Positions 10,618 to 20,391 are shown, counted from the stretch's first letter. The stretch is DNA of 64,000 nucleotides from Myxococcota bacterium (GCA_036336835.1 JAYZFK010000062.1:128001-192000); one strand, 5' to 3'. The notes: generated by a model not told the origin, from the sequence alone. Made by a program: numbers and translations.

Positions 10618-12216
10618 ATGCCGCGCGAGGTCTATGTCGCTTCCGTCGGACTCACCAAGGTCGACCTCACGGGCAAGATCTTCTCGAGTGTGTTCGACCT
10701 GTTCGTCCAGGCGTACCACAGTGCGCTCGAGAACAGCCGCATCCGCTCGTTCGACGCCGTCCAGATCGGCATCATGGACAGCGAGGAGTTCGAGAACCGC
10801 GCCAACATCGCCACCAAGGTGGTCGATCGGATCGGGCTGACGGGCGCACCTGCGGTCCGCAGCGAGACCGCGTCGTCGACCGGTGCCGCCGCGTTTCACG
10901 AGGCGTACTACAAGATCGCGTCGGGCGAATTCGACACAGTACTGGTGATCGCAGGCGAGCGGATGAAGATGGTCACCACCGAGGTGGCCACCTCGATCAT
11001 GTCCAAGACCGTGGACCCGGTGGAGCGACGCTTTGGCTTCACCATGCCGGGCCTGATCGCACTCGTGACCCAGGCCTGGGTCCAGGAGCGCAACCTCGGG
11101 CCGGACCAGGTGAGGAAACTGCTTGCTCGACTCATGCACCGCGCGCACGCGCTCGGCGCCCAGAACCCGCTGGCCGCGTTCTATGGGAAGCCCGAGCCGG
11201 TCGAGGCCTACTACGATCAGAGCAAGAACCTGCCGGTCGCGACCCCCCTGATGCGCAAGGACTGCTCGCCGATCTGCGACGGCGCGGCAGCGGTAATCCT
11301 GACCGCGAGCCCGCAGCCGGTCCGGGTTGCAGGACTCGGCTCAGCCACCGAGACCTCCTCGATCCTCGATCGCACGCGGCTCGCAGGGCTCGATGCCAGC
11401 TCACAGGCCGCCCAGATCGCCTACTGGCGTGCTGGCATCCCCGATCCGCGCCAACTCGAAGGACTCGTCGTTGAGGTGCACGACGCCTTCAACAGTCTGC
11501 TGCCGATCGGCCTGATCGACCTCGGCCTGCTCGACCCTGACCAGGCGATCGCTGCGCTCGTGGGGGATCTCGACGGTCCGCCCGCCGATCCGTACGAGCA
11601 CCCGTTCACCGGCCCGCGCGGAGTGCTGCCCACCAATCTCTCGGGCGGTCTGAAAGCGCGCGGGCATCCGGTGGGCGGAACCGGGCTGTTCCAGATCGCC
11701 GAGAACTACCTGCAGCTGACGGGCGGGTTCCCGAACCCCATGGCTCAGGTCGCGGATGCGCGGATCGGCCTGTGCCACTCGATCGGCGGCCCGGGCAACA
11801 ACGTGTACGTGACGCTGCTCGAACTCAGTGACAACACGCGCGAGCGCGGAGACGTCCCGCTGCCGATCACGCGATTTACGTCGCAGCTGCCCCACCGCAG
11901 TCGGGAGCGTGCCCTGCCGCGGCAGGGCAGCGCCGCACTGGTCGAGGCCGCGACCACGATTTACGTCACCGCGCCTGGAGTCGAGTCTCCGGTCCACGTG
12001 GCGTTGCTGTCGATCGGAAATCAACGGGTGTTCGCCCGGATGGATCGGCGGCTCGAAGAGGGGGAAGGTGCGGAGCAGGTCCTGGCCGGGCAGCGCGTAC
12101 GGCTGCTCGTCAAGGACGACGGCGACCACTATTTCCAGATCCCGAAGCCGCGCGGCCTGGGACGCTTCGACGTGGGACAGATCGTCCAATCCATCCGGCG
12201 CAGAGTCGGCGGCTGA
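10618..12216 (+). CDS. SCP2-type thiolase-superfamily protein with C-terminal OB-fold (DUF35-like) extension
   Basis: DCSPICDGAAA, EVHDAF, NLSGGLKARGHPVGGTG, HSIGG, plus about 130 extra C-terminal residues. Confidence 0.82.
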   Translation: MPREVYVASVGLTKVDLTGKIFSSVFDLFVQAYHSALENSRIRSFDAVQIGIMDSEEFENRANIATKVVDRIGLTGAPAVRSETASSTGAAAFHEAYYKIASGEFDTVLVIAGERMKMVTTEVATSIMSKTVDPVERRFGFTMPGLIALVTQAWVQERNLGPDQVRKLLARLMHRAHALGAQNPLAAFYGKPEPVEAYYDQSKNLPVATPLMRKDCSPICDGAAAVILTASPQPVRVAGLGSATETSSILDRTRLAGLDASSQAAQIAYWRAGIPDPRQLEGLVVEVHDAFNSLLPIGLIDLGLLDPDQAIAALVGDLDGPPADPYEHPFTGPRGVLPTNLSGGLKARGHPVGGTGLFQIAENYLQLTGGFPNPMAQVADARIGLCHSIGGPGNNVYVTLLELSDNTRERGDVPLPITRFTSQLPHRSRERALPRQGSAALVEAATTIYVTAPGVESPVHVALLSIGNQRVFARMDRRLEEGEGAEQVLAGQRVRLLVKDDGDHYFQIPKPRGLGRFDVGQIVQSIRRRVGG

Positions 12217-12491
12217 CGACCGCGGCGTCGCCCGGGAAACGACCCGAGCCCCAGATACAAGTCGCGCGCGGTGACGCCATGCCAGCCGCGCGCGGGCCCA
12301 GAATCCTGGGAAGGAGATTACTGTCGGGCCGTATTCTTCGCGGGCGCGAAGCCCGCTACGAGGTAAGTGGTGGCCCGCGCAAGGAAGTGGCAAAAAAAGT
12401 GCAAAAGAAATGTGCGCTTGCTGAGAGCAAGCTGAGACCCGCTAGAGTCGTTCTCAGCCTGGCTCACGCCCCCATGGGGACGGGAAGGTCG

Positions 12492-12821
12492 CTACCAGAC
12501 GCCCGCTGGCGGCGGTGCGACAGCGGAGTCCTCGTCCTCGGCAGCCGCCGTGCGGTCCGGCTCCGGCTGCGGGGTCGACAGGGGCTCGCGTAGCTCGGCC
12601 GACTCCGCCGAACCGACCGAGGGCTCCGGCTCGACCCGCTGCGGCTCCGTTTCGGCTTCCACCTCCGGCGGCGGCACGTGCTCGACGAAGCGGCGACCCG
12701 CGTCCGGCGCCCTGACGGGCTCGTACGCCGCCTCGTCGTTGGGGCAGGCGAGGCACAGCAACGCGAGCATGAGCCCCGATACCAGCCACCAGCTCATCGT
12801 CCTCGACTCGCCAGCGGTCAT
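12492..12821 (-). CDS. Small Pro/Glu-rich putative lipoprotein
   Basis: LLCLAC lipobox-like signal; ATGA overlap with the upstream pilin-like gene. Confidence 0.55.
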   Translation of the reverse strand: MTAGESRTMSWWLVSGLMLALLCLACPNDEAAYEPVRAPDAGRRFVEHVPPPEVEAETEPQRVEPEPSVGSAESAELREPLSTPQPEPDRTAAAEDEDSAVAPPPAGVW

Positions 12822-13750
12822 CGCATCACCAGGGTGCGCAGCAGCTCTCTTGTCGTGTGCGTACGGCGTCGAATCTCGACTTCGCCGTCTTCGGCTCCTT
12901 GCTGCGTCAACAAGACCGTGTCGACGCGAACCTCGCGCACCGAGGTGAGGTCGACCTCGCCCGAGACGTAGCGCGAGCCCGTGCCGTAGCCCACCAGCTC
13001 ATCGACTTGCTCGATGTTATCGCGGTTCGTGTCGACGAAAAAGGCGATCTGGAGATCGGCCGCCCCGTGCAGGAGCGCCTCTCCGTCGCGGCTGAGCACG
13101 TCGTCGGCCTCGATCCGGTACTCGTGGCCCGGGATCGCAATCAGATCGGAATGAGATCCGGGACCGAGAATGCCAGAATGGATCTCGACCGTGACAGTTT
13201 GTCGCGCGACGTCCACGTCGATCACCGTACCGCAAGCGGAGCCCCGTTCGGGCGCGTTGCGATCGGTCACGATGACGCCCCCCCGCCGTACGAAGTCGGC
13301 GTCGGCCACGCCGTCGCCGTCGTTGTCGTAGGTCGCCATCGCATCGAGGAGCAGTGGAATCGACCACTCGGGATTCAAGCCACCGACCACGTTCTCACCC
13401 GGGATGCTCACGCCGTTGTCCTGGCCCGCAGCGCCGTGCTCGGGATCGAGCACGTCCGCGTCGCTCAGGTACAACAGATCGGCCGAATCGAGGTTGTCGA
13501 CGCCACAGACGGCGCCGCTGGCGGGGACCATGAAACCTGCGCGGCGGATGTCGCGCTCGATCGTGTTGGCGACCGACCGCATGTTGCGCCGCATCTCGAG
13601 CTTGACGGCCTGGGCCTGCTGATCCGTCACGAGCGTACCGGCAAAGTAGAGGCTGATTGCGACGATCAGCACCATTCCGACCGTAAGCTCGAGTAGCGAC
13701 AGTCCGAGCCGCGCACACAGCGACCGGGCGAGACTGGGGCGCAGCTGCAT
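12818..13750 (-). CDS. Type IV minor pilin, PilW-like
   Basis: Prepilin cleavage motif G|LSLLE with hydrophobic helix, IERDIRRAGF, DLQIAFFVDTNRD. Confidence 0.75.
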   Translation of the reverse strand: MQLRPSLARSLCARLGLSLLELTVGMVLIVAISLYFAGTLVTDQQAQAVKLEMRRNMRSVANTIERDIRRAGFMVPASGAVCGVDNLDSADLLYLSDADVLDPEHGAAGQDNGVSIPGENVVGGLNPEWSIPLLLDAMATYDNDGDGVADADFVRRGGVIVTDRNAPERGSACGTVIDVDVARQTVTVEIHSGILGPGSHSDLIAIPGHEYRIEADDVLSRDGEALLHGAADLQIAFFVDTNRDNIEQVDELVGYGTGSRYVSGEVDLTSVREVRVDTVLLTQQGAEDGEVEIRRRTHTTRELLRTLVMR

Positions 13751-13958
13751 GTCAGCGCATCTCGCACAGCAGGAGCATCGTACGGGGCCTCCGTGGGCTT
13801 GGACGCGGCGTGATCGTGCACTCCGTCCGCGCGGACCGAGGCCCCCTCACAACGGCGAGTTCGGGGCGACGCTTGAGCCTTCTTCGTTGTCCGCGCAGCC
13901 GACGCGCAACCCGTCCGCAACACCTGGCAGCGCGCGGGCAATGCGACCCGCGCCAACG

Positions 13959-14459
13959 TCAGGCTTCGCGGGCGGGGGGGCCGACGCCGGCAAGCAGATC
14001 GTCGAGCACCTGCCGCGTCTCGGGCTCGAGCTTCCCGAAGTGGACGCCCATCCCGAGGAACTCCGTCGAGAAGCCGGCGGAGACGTTGTTGGTTGCAACC
14101 ACGCCCGGCAGCTCGAGCGTCTGCTGTATCGTCCGGATGCAGATGCTGAGCACGAGCTCGGTGCCGATCTCCGGTGCGAAGGGAGTGTTTACGAAGACCC
14201 CGCCACGCGCGAGCTCGCAGATGTACGCATGGCGCAGCTCCTCGGGCGTGCGGAACTCGACCCGGAGCCGTGTTTCGCGGCGTTCGCTGCTATTCGCGTC
14301 GTCGCCCTGCCTGCCGAATTTCGACGCGAGCCGCTGTTCGAGATCGAGCCAGCGTTGATACTCGAGTGGACTCACGCCGACGCCCGTGCGCTTCTGCTCT
14401 AGCCCTGCGTATTCCCTGAACAGCGAAAGATGGTCCCGCACGGGGGGTGCATCGGCCAT
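13959..14459 (-). CDS. PilZ-domain protein (myxobacterial type)
   Basis: ERRETRLRVEF, GGVFVNT...IGTEL, GMGVHF. Confidence 0.8.
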   Translation of the reverse strand: MADAPPVRDHLSLFREYAGLEQKRTGVGVSPLEYQRWLDLEQRLASKFGRQGDDANSSERRETRLRVEFRTPEELRHAYICELARGGVFVNTPFAPEIGTELVLSICIRTIQQTLELPGVVATNNVSAGFSTEFLGMGVHFGKLEPETRQVLDDLLAGVGPPAREA

Positions 14460-14505
14460 TTTCGGCGCGAGGTGAAGACCACCGTGGTGTAGGCTTCGCG
14501 AAGCC

Positions 14506-15342
14506 ATGGCGATCATCCACGAAGTCCCTTTCGAACCCGCAATCGTCGAGCCCGACCCGCTATCCGGCCCGGTACAGTGGTTCGTGTTCCGCAAGCGAGA
14601 GCTACTGGTAACCGCTGCGGGCTCGCTACCGACGAAAGAAGCCCTGGACGAGCACCAACTTGGCCCCGAAAGCTCGCTGTATCTCGGCACGCTGGGCGAC
14701 ACGCATTGCTTCGCCGCCCGACTATCCGACTCGTCGACCCCGCCCCCGGGAATGACCTACCGGGACTTGATGTCGCTGTTTGCCAGCATCGAGCCTCAGA
14801 TCCACCAGATCGCGGGACGCGCGGCCCAGCTCCTCGACTGGGAGCGAACGCACCAGCTGTGCGGAGCGTGCGGCAAGCCGACCGAGCCTTCGACCACCGA
14901 CCGCTCGCGTGTGTGCAGCGGCTGTGGACTGGCGCAGTTTCCCCGACTCGCACCGGCAATCATCGTGACCGTCGAGCGCGACGACGAGATCCTGCTCGCG
15001 CGCTCACCTCACTTTCCGCCAGGCCTGTACAGCACGCTCGCCGGCTTCGTCGAGCCGGGCGAGAGTGTCGAAGAATGCGTCGCGCGCGAGGTGCGCGAGG
15101 AGGTCGGCGTCGAGGTCGACCAGATCCGCTACTTCGACAGCCAGCCCTGGCCCTTCCCCAACTCGCTGATGCTCGGCTTCACCACGACCTGGAAGAGCGG
15201 CGAGATCCAGATCGACGGCCAGGAGATCGTGGATGCCAAGTGGTTCCACTGCGACGACATGCCCACGCGTTTCCCGGGCAGGATCAGCATCTCCCAGTGG
15301 CTGATCGACGACTTCCTCCGGCGGCGCGCGGGTCGCTGCTAG
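14506..15342 (+). CDS. nudC: NADH pyrophosphatase NudC
   Basis: Zn ribbon CGACG...CSGCG, Nudix box [34 protein letters not shown]. Confidence 0.95.
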   Translation: MAIIHEVPFEPAIVEPDPLSGPVQWFVFRKRELLVTAAGSLPTKEALDEHQLGPESSLYLGTLGDTHCFAARLSDSSTPPPGMTYRDLMSLFASIEPQIHQIAGRAAQLLDWERTHQLCGACGKPTEPSTTDRSRVCSGCGLAQFPRLAPAIIVTVERDDEILLARSPHFPPGLYSTLAGFVEPGESVEECVAREVREEVGVEVDQIRYFDSQPWPFPNSLMLGFTTTWKSGEIQIDGQEIVDAKWFHCDDMPTRFPGRISISQWLIDDFLRRRAGRC

Positions 15343-15812
15343 TCGAGTGCCCCGAAGGCCTCGCGGATCTCATCGGGGGCCTGTACCAGCTCGACCAGCA
15401 CACCTTCTGCTCCGATCGGCGCGTCGGGCGTGCCCTTGGGATGGATGAAGCACACGTCGTAGCCGGCCGCGCCCTTGCGAATGCCACCCGGCGTAAAGCG
15501 GACACCCCGTGCCTCGAGCCACTCGACGGCCGCGCGCAGGTCGTCGATCCAGAGCCCCACGTGGTTGAGCGCCGGGTCGTGCACCCTCGGGCGGGCCTCG
15601 GGATCGATCGGCTGCATCAGATCCACCTCGACCTTGAACGCTCCCTCACCCGCAGTCGCGATATCCTCGTCGACATTCTCCTGCTCACTGCGATAGGTCC
15701 CGGTCAGCTCGAGACCGAGCGTGTCGATCCAGAAGCGGCGCAGCGCCTGTTTGTCGAGGCCGCCGATGGCGATTTGCTGGATGCCGAGAACCTTGAACGG
15801 GCGATCGGACAC
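15339..15812 (-). CDS. VOC (glyoxalase / methylmalonyl-CoA epimerase-like) family protein
   Basis: C-terminal part of the 476-aa ORF from GTG 15812: [38 protein letters not shown]. Confidence 0.85.
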   Translation of the reverse strand: MSDRPFKVLGIQQIAIGGLDKQALRRFWIDTLGLELTGTYRSEQENVDEDIATAGEGAFKVEVDLMQPIDPEARPRVHDPALNHVGLWIDDLRAAVEWLEARGVRFTPGGIRKGAAGYDVCFIHPKGTPDAPIGAEGVLVELVQAPDEIREAFGALD

Positions 15813-15896
15813 GGGAACTCCTTCGGAATGGAGAGCGGGGGGGGATCGGGCCGCGCATACTATCGTCTCGGCGTCGAGACGTCGCCGGGGGGATGA

Positions 15897-16895
15897 ATGC
15901 GCTCGATCGTCGCCGCGCTCGCGCTTGCGGTCTGCCAGCTCGCGGCCCCGGGCGCACGCGCCCAGCAGTCGTTCCCGGCCGACTCCGAGCAGCCGATCCT
16001 GGTGTATCAACCTCCGCCGCGCGCCTGGCGCCTCTCGGTGGCCACTGGCTTCGAGTACGACTCGGGGATCGCCGGACGAATCGACGAGCTGTTCGTGCCC
16101 CTCTCCGCGCGCCTCGAGTACGGTCGCTTCTCGGTCGGCCTCGCGACGTCGCTCGTCTCGCTCCGCGGCGACCGAATCGTCGGCGGCCACGCGATCGGCA
16201 GCCTCCCCGACCCGCGCATCGCGCCCGCACTGGACCGATTCAACGTGGCAAGGGAGATGCACCTCGGTGTGGAGGACATCGCCGATTCGTCTCTCGACGA
16301 GACAGGAATCGGCGACACGCTGATTAGTCTGTCGTACGCCTGGTTCCAGCCGGACGGCTGGCTTCCGTTCATCGAGTTCACCTCGTTGGTGAAGATTCCG
16401 ACCGCCAGCAAACAGGACCGGATCGGCACCGGCGAGTACGACTGGATCCTGCAGCTGGACCTGGCCAAGCAGCTCGGCCGCTTCACGCCGTTCGCCACCG
16501 TCGTCTATCGCTTCAACGGCGGACCGATCGTGCTGCGCGAACAACGGGCTCCGATCGCGCCTGGGGCCGTGACCGACGCGACCGGCGTAGAGAGCATCCT
16601 GCTCGAGGAGATCCGCATCCCGGTCGATGACACGCTGGAGCTGACGGTCGGATCGTCGTTCCTGGTGAGCGATCGACTGATGCGCCTGAGGGGAACCGAC
16701 GTCGCCCTGCACACCGGCGTGATGTACGACTTCAAGCAGAGCCCGTTCGACGGCGTCGTGAATGACCACGAGCTCATCTCGTATCTGACCTTCGAGCTCT
16801 CACGCAACCTGCAGCTCGGGCCCTACTTCGTGGTCGGCCTGTCGGAGTCGGCGCCCGACTGGGGAATCGCGACCCAGCTGCTATTCACCTACTGA
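15897..16895 (+). CDS. Secreted protein, probable outer-membrane beta-barrel
   Basis: Signal peptide (ARA|QQ), GIGD...KIPTA...GTGEYD pattern, alternating beta strands, terminal aromatic (FTY). Confidence 0.65.
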   Translation: MRSIVAALALAVCQLAAPGARAQQSFPADSEQPILVYQPPPRAWRLSVATGFEYDSGIAGRIDELFVPLSARLEYGRFSVGLATSLVSLRGDRIVGGHAIGSLPDPRIAPALDRFNVAREMHLGVEDIADSSLDETGIGDTLISLSYAWFQPDGWLPFIEFTSLVKIPTASKQDRIGTGEYDWILQLDLAKQLGRFTPFATVVYRFNGGPIVLREQRAPIAPGAVTDATGVESILLEEIRIPVDDTLELTVGSSFLVSDRLMRLRGTDVALHTGVMYDFKQSPFDGVVNDHELISYLTFELSRNLQLGPYFVVGLSESAPDWGIATQLLFTY

Positions 16896-16902
16896 CGCTC
16901 GC

Positions 16903-18084
16903 TCACGGCCGGAGCAGCTTCTGGACCCGGGTCGGACGCACGGCATCGATCCGCGGCGAGCGCGGTGGGCGCGATCTGTCCGCCGGCCGGTCGATACGCG
17001 GCGGCCGCGGCAGCATGTACCGCGGTGGGCGCACATCGCGCGCGATCCGCAGCGCGCGAATCGTACCGCTACGGGTCAGTACGCCGCGGACGACGACGTA
17101 GTCGTCGAGCCGGATTCGATCGCGCACGGCGTGCGGGGCCTCGACCCGCAGCCCGCCGACGCGCACGACCCCGTCGTGCTGTACCTCCACGTAGCCGCCC
17201 AGCGAGACCTCTTTGGTCCGGCGATCGAAGTGCACCGCGCGCTCGACCTCGGCGCGCTCGATTCGTTGGTGCGGAGCGCTCCAGACGCCGGTTGCAATCA
17301 CCGAGACACCGGCGAGGGCTGAATCGATGGGAACCTCGGGCGCAATGCCAACGCCGGCAACGCTCGCCTCCCCATCGGCAGTGATCGCGAGCGTGCCGAT
17401 CAGGCTCGCCGCGCCCGACGATTCCAGGATCGTGAGCCGCGTTGCCAGGATCCGGCCATCGCTCACGCGCTGGCCCGAGATCGCCAACCGATCGCCGATG
17501 CTCAGTGCCTCGAACGCGTCGCTCGCCCACTCCTCCGGCAGCTCGACCTGCTGCCCGAGCACGCGCAGCCGACGAGACGCCGGGGCAACGGCATCCAGCT
17601 GGCCCCGAACCAGCTGGCGCACCGCGATAGAGCGGGCGCGCAGCGCACCATCGACCTGCTGCGCCTGCACGGCAACGACATCTCCGATCCGGAGCGACTC
17701 GGCGCTGGCCGGCGCGTGGTTTACCTCAGTCGGCGTCTGCGAGTCGTAGGTGATACGCAGCCCGTTGACGCAAATACTGCCGAAGCCGGTGATCGTGCCG
17801 ACGACACCGGTGCCGCCCAGCCCGTCGGGCTCGTCACCCAGGCCGGTGCCGCCCAGCCCGTCGGACTCGTCACCCAGGCCGGTACCGCCCATGCCGCTGT
17901 CGCGGTCGCCGCCCGCGAGCTGTGCGTGGTCGCCCAGTCCAGTCCCGCCGAGACCTTCGGGCTCCTCGCGCAGCTCGTCGACGGTGCCCCCGATGGCACA
18001 CGGATTGGCCCCGACGGCCGGCGCGCACAGCGGCAACAGCATGCTCGCGCCGAGCAGCGCTGCGAGCTTGCCAGGCCTACGCAT
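16903..18084 (-). CDS. DUF5666-like exported protein with GxGGTG repeats
   Basis: Signal peptide, repeated G(L/M)GGTG, GTITGFGSICVNG, repeated small OB-like units (L.IGD.V.V.G). Confidence 0.75.
   Translation of the reverse strand: MRRPGKLAALLGASMLLPLCAPAVGANPCAIGGTVDELREEPEGLGGTGLGDHAQLAGGDRDSGMGGTGLGDESDGLGGTGLGDEPDGLGGTGVVGTITGFGSICVNGLRITYDSQTPTEVNHAPASAESLRIGDVVAVQAQQVDGALRARSIAVRQLVRGQLDAVAPASRRLRVLGQQVELPEEWASDAFEALSIGDRLAISGQRVSDGRILATRLTILESSGAASLIGTLAITADGEASVAGVGIAPEVPIDSALAGVSVIATGVWSAPHQRIERAEVERAVHFDRRTKEVSLGGYVEVQHDGVVRVGGLRVEAPHAVRDRIRLDDYVVVRGVLTRSGTIRALRIARDVRPPRYMLPRPPRIDRPADRSRPPRSPRIDAVRPTRVQKLLRP
17807..17897 (-). repeat. In-frame 36-bp tandem repeat (about 2.5 copies)
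   Basis: CCGGTGCCGCCCAGCCCGTCGG(G/A)CTCGTCACCCAGG at 17807 and 17843, partial copy at 17879; encodes LGDE(S/P)DGLGGTG. Confidence 0.9.
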
Positions 18085-18940
18085 CGTCGTCCTCGCTGCC
18101 CTGTGCCTCGTCCGCGTCCACCTCCGCCTGATAGAAGTAGATGCCGAAGTTCATTCGGCTGCCCGCCGCCTCGGGCGCCGCTGCATCGCGCTCCCGCAGC
18201 TCGAGGGCGCGCCGGTTCACAGCGCGCAACGCCTCCATACCGAGTTCGCGTGACAGCTCCTCGAGCTCGCGCGCCGAAGCCTTGCTCAGGTGCGCGTAGT
18301 AGACGCTGCGATCGACGAACGGCGGAGCGCCTCCCTCGAGGTTGTGGGCGCCGGCGGCGATGTGGTCGCGCAGGTTGCGACCAAAGAAGTACGCCTTCTC
18401 TTCGAAGCCCCGGTCGGCGACGAAGGACTCCGTATTGAGCATCACGTTGCCTTCTGTGTCGACGTGCGCAACGCCGAGACGCAGCCACTCGTCGAGCACG
18501 GCGCGCGGGCGGATGTCCTTGCTGACGGACTGGACGAGGGTCTCGAAGCTCGCCCTGCCGTCGCTGCCAGACTGCCGCGGCAGGGGGCGCGGGCGACCGT
18601 CCTCACCGTGAAAGTCAGCGACACCGACCCAGCGCGACAGGATCAACGCGCCCAGCGAGGCCGAGCGCGGCGGCGAGTCGTCATCGTGCGTGAGCGCCCG
18701 AAGCCGGTTGACCTCCTTGCGGTGGATGCCGGTCAACAGGCTCACGCGGCTGTCGGTCTGGCGCTTGTCGGGCAGGCAGAATTCGGCGTCCGCCCGCTCG
18801 ACGTACACCTCCTTCAGCAGCTCGGTGAACGCGGGGTAGGTGAGCTGGTTCTGGAGCAGCAGGCGCACGAGCGGACGGAGCAGGGCGCGAAGCGCTTGCC
18901 TCAGGATCGCAGTCGTTTTCTCGGTCGGCGGCTGCGGCAC
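18077..18940 (-). CDS. DUF6502-like protein, putative HTH DNA-binding protein
   Basis: LLRPLVRLLL, TDSRVSLLTGIHRKEV, SFETLVQSVSKDIRPRAVLDEW; overlaps the start of the DUF5666-like gene. Confidence 0.75.
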   Translation of the reverse strand: MPQPPTEKTTAILRQALRALLRPLVRLLLQNQLTYPAFTELLKEVYVERADAEFCLPDKRQTDSRVSLLTGIHRKEVNRLRALTHDDDSPPRSASLGALILSRWVGVADFHGEDGRPRPLPRQSGSDGRASFETLVQSVSKDIRPRAVLDEWLRLGVAHVDTEGNVMLNTESFVADRGFEEKAYFFGRNLRDHIAAGAHNLEGGAPPFVDRSVYYAHLSKASARELEELSRELGMEALRAVNRRALELRERDAAAPEAAGSRMNFGIYFYQAEVDADEAQGSEDDDA

Positions 18941-18997
18941 GCGCGGAGCGCCTCCAGACTGGAGGACAGAGCCCCCGTCTCCCTATCGACACAGTGA

Positions 18998-19014
18998 GTG
19001 GGAAAATTTACCAC
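18998..19014. promoter_or_regulatory. Imperfect palindrome, candidate operator of the DUF6502-like operon
   Basis: GTGGGAAA-A-TTTACCAC (7 of 8 pairs) in an AT-rich patch 58 bp upstream of the start. Confidence 0.55.
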
Positions 19015-19044
19015 GTTTTGGGGGTCCCAGTCCAGCCGTTTCGC

Positions 19045-19647
19045 TCAGCCTTGAAATCCGCAGCCGAGCAGGTAGCGCTCGCTACTGCCCTTGCGCGTGA
19101 CCTGCGTCCGCACCGACTTCGCCCGCTCGAAACGCGAACGCATTCGCCGATCGATCGCCCGGGCCTCGGGGCCCTCCAGAATCTTGAGCAGCAGGTTGCC
19201 GCCCTCGCGCAGCAGCTCGGGCAGCAACGCCTCGATCGCCTCGAGCAGGCGCTCCTCTCGAGCGCGATCCGCGTCGCGGATTCCCGTCAACTTGGGTGCT
19301 GCATCCGAGAGCAGAACGTCACAACGCGACGCCGCCAGCACCTCCCGCAGCCGCACAGCCAGCGTCCGGTCCGCTAGATCTCCCACCAGCGCGACCGCGT
19401 TGGCCTCACCGAGCGCCGGCTCGATGGTGGCCAGATCGACTCCCACCACGCGGCCCCGCGACCCGACCACCGCGGCCGCGCACTGCAGCCAGCCGCCGGG
19501 CCAGCAGCCGAGGTCGATGACCCGATCCCCGCGGCGCATCAGCCGGTGAGCGCGCTGGAGCTCCTCGAGCTTGTAGAAGGCGCGCGAGCGCACTCCCTCG
19601 CGCTTGGCGCGCTGGTGGAAGTGATCCCTGCGCTCGTAACGGGCCAT
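19045..19647 (-). CDS. rlmE: 23S rRNA Um2552 methyltransferase RlmE/FtsJ
   Basis: RSRAFYKLEE, DLGCWPGGW, VGVDL, LSDAAP, LLKI, SSERY. Confidence 0.93.
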   Translation of the reverse strand: MARYERRDHFHQRAKREGVRSRAFYKLEELQRAHRLMRRGDRVIDLGCWPGGWLQCAAAVVGSRGRVVGVDLATIEPALGEANAVALVGDLADRTLAVRLREVLAASRCDVLLSDAAPKLTGIRDADRAREERLLEAIEALLPELLREGGNLLLKILEGPEARAIDRRMRSRFERAKSVRTQVTRKGSSERYLLGCGFQG

Positions 19648-19666
19648 TGGCCCCGCAGCCCGGGGG

Positions 19667-20308
19667 CTACCGCGGGGCGACGGCTGCGCGGATGCGAACG
19701 ACTCCGTTGCGGTGCCCTGGCACGCCGCCGCGCACGAAGATCAGATTTTGGTCCGCGTCGACCTTGACGACGATCAGGTTGCGCACCGTCACCGATTCGT
19801 TGCCCATCCGGCCGGACATCTTCATGCCCTTGATTACCTTGCCGGGGTACGCGCCCGCGCCGATCGCACCGCCGTGCCGGGTGTTCTCGTGGGTGCCGTG
19901 GGTACGGCGCTTGACGGAGAAGTTGTGGCGCTTGATGACGCCCGCCGTGCCGCGGCCCTTCGAGCTGCCGATCACGTCGACGACCTGCCCCGCCTCGAAG
20001 ATGTCGCAGCGGATCTCGCTGCCCACGGTGTAGGACTCCGCCGCCTCGGGTTCGATCCGGCTCTCTTTCAGGTGACGGCGCGGTGCGGTGTTCGCCTTCT
20101 CGAAGTGACCCCGAGCGGGCTTGTTGAACAGGCTGGCTCGGCGTTCGCCGTAGCCGAGCTGGACGGCCGGGTAGCCATCGGTCGCCTCGGTCTTGACCTG
20201 CACCACCACGTTCGGCTCGGCCGAGAGGACCGTGACAGGAATGCAGGTTCCTCTCTCGTCGAAGACCTGCGTCATGCCGAGCTTGCGGCACTGGAGTTCG
20301 ATTGCCAC
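19667..20308 (-). CDS. rplC: 50S ribosomal protein L3
   Basis: KLGMTQVF, PVTV, DGYPAVQLG, SKGRGTAGVIKRHNF, THG, PGKVIKGMKMSGRMG, RGGVPG. Confidence 0.97.
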   Translation of the reverse strand: MAIELQCRKLGMTQVFDERGTCIPVTVLSAEPNVVVQVKTEATDGYPAVQLGYGERRASLFNKPARGHFEKANTAPRRHLKESRIEPEAAESYTVGSEIRCDIFEAGQVVDVIGSSKGRGTAGVIKRHNFSVKRRTHGTHENTRHGGAIGAGAYPGKVIKGMKMSGRMGNESVTVRNLIVVKVDADQNLIFVRGGVPGHRNGVVRIRAAVAPR

Positions 20309-20391
20309 GACGGCTGCTCCATGGGGCCTTGGCAGGCGAATCGCAGAACGCCACCAGCGGGCCCGGGCCCCGGAAGGACCGGAGGGGCCGC

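Noticed and set aside
12388..12407. Sigma-54-like TTGCAC-N5-TTGC on the minus strand
   Set aside because: Lacks the invariant GG at -24.
15813..16769. Long N-terminal extension on the VOC protein (476-aa ORF)
   Set aside because: Antisense to the beta-barrel gene; VOC homology begins at GTG 15812.
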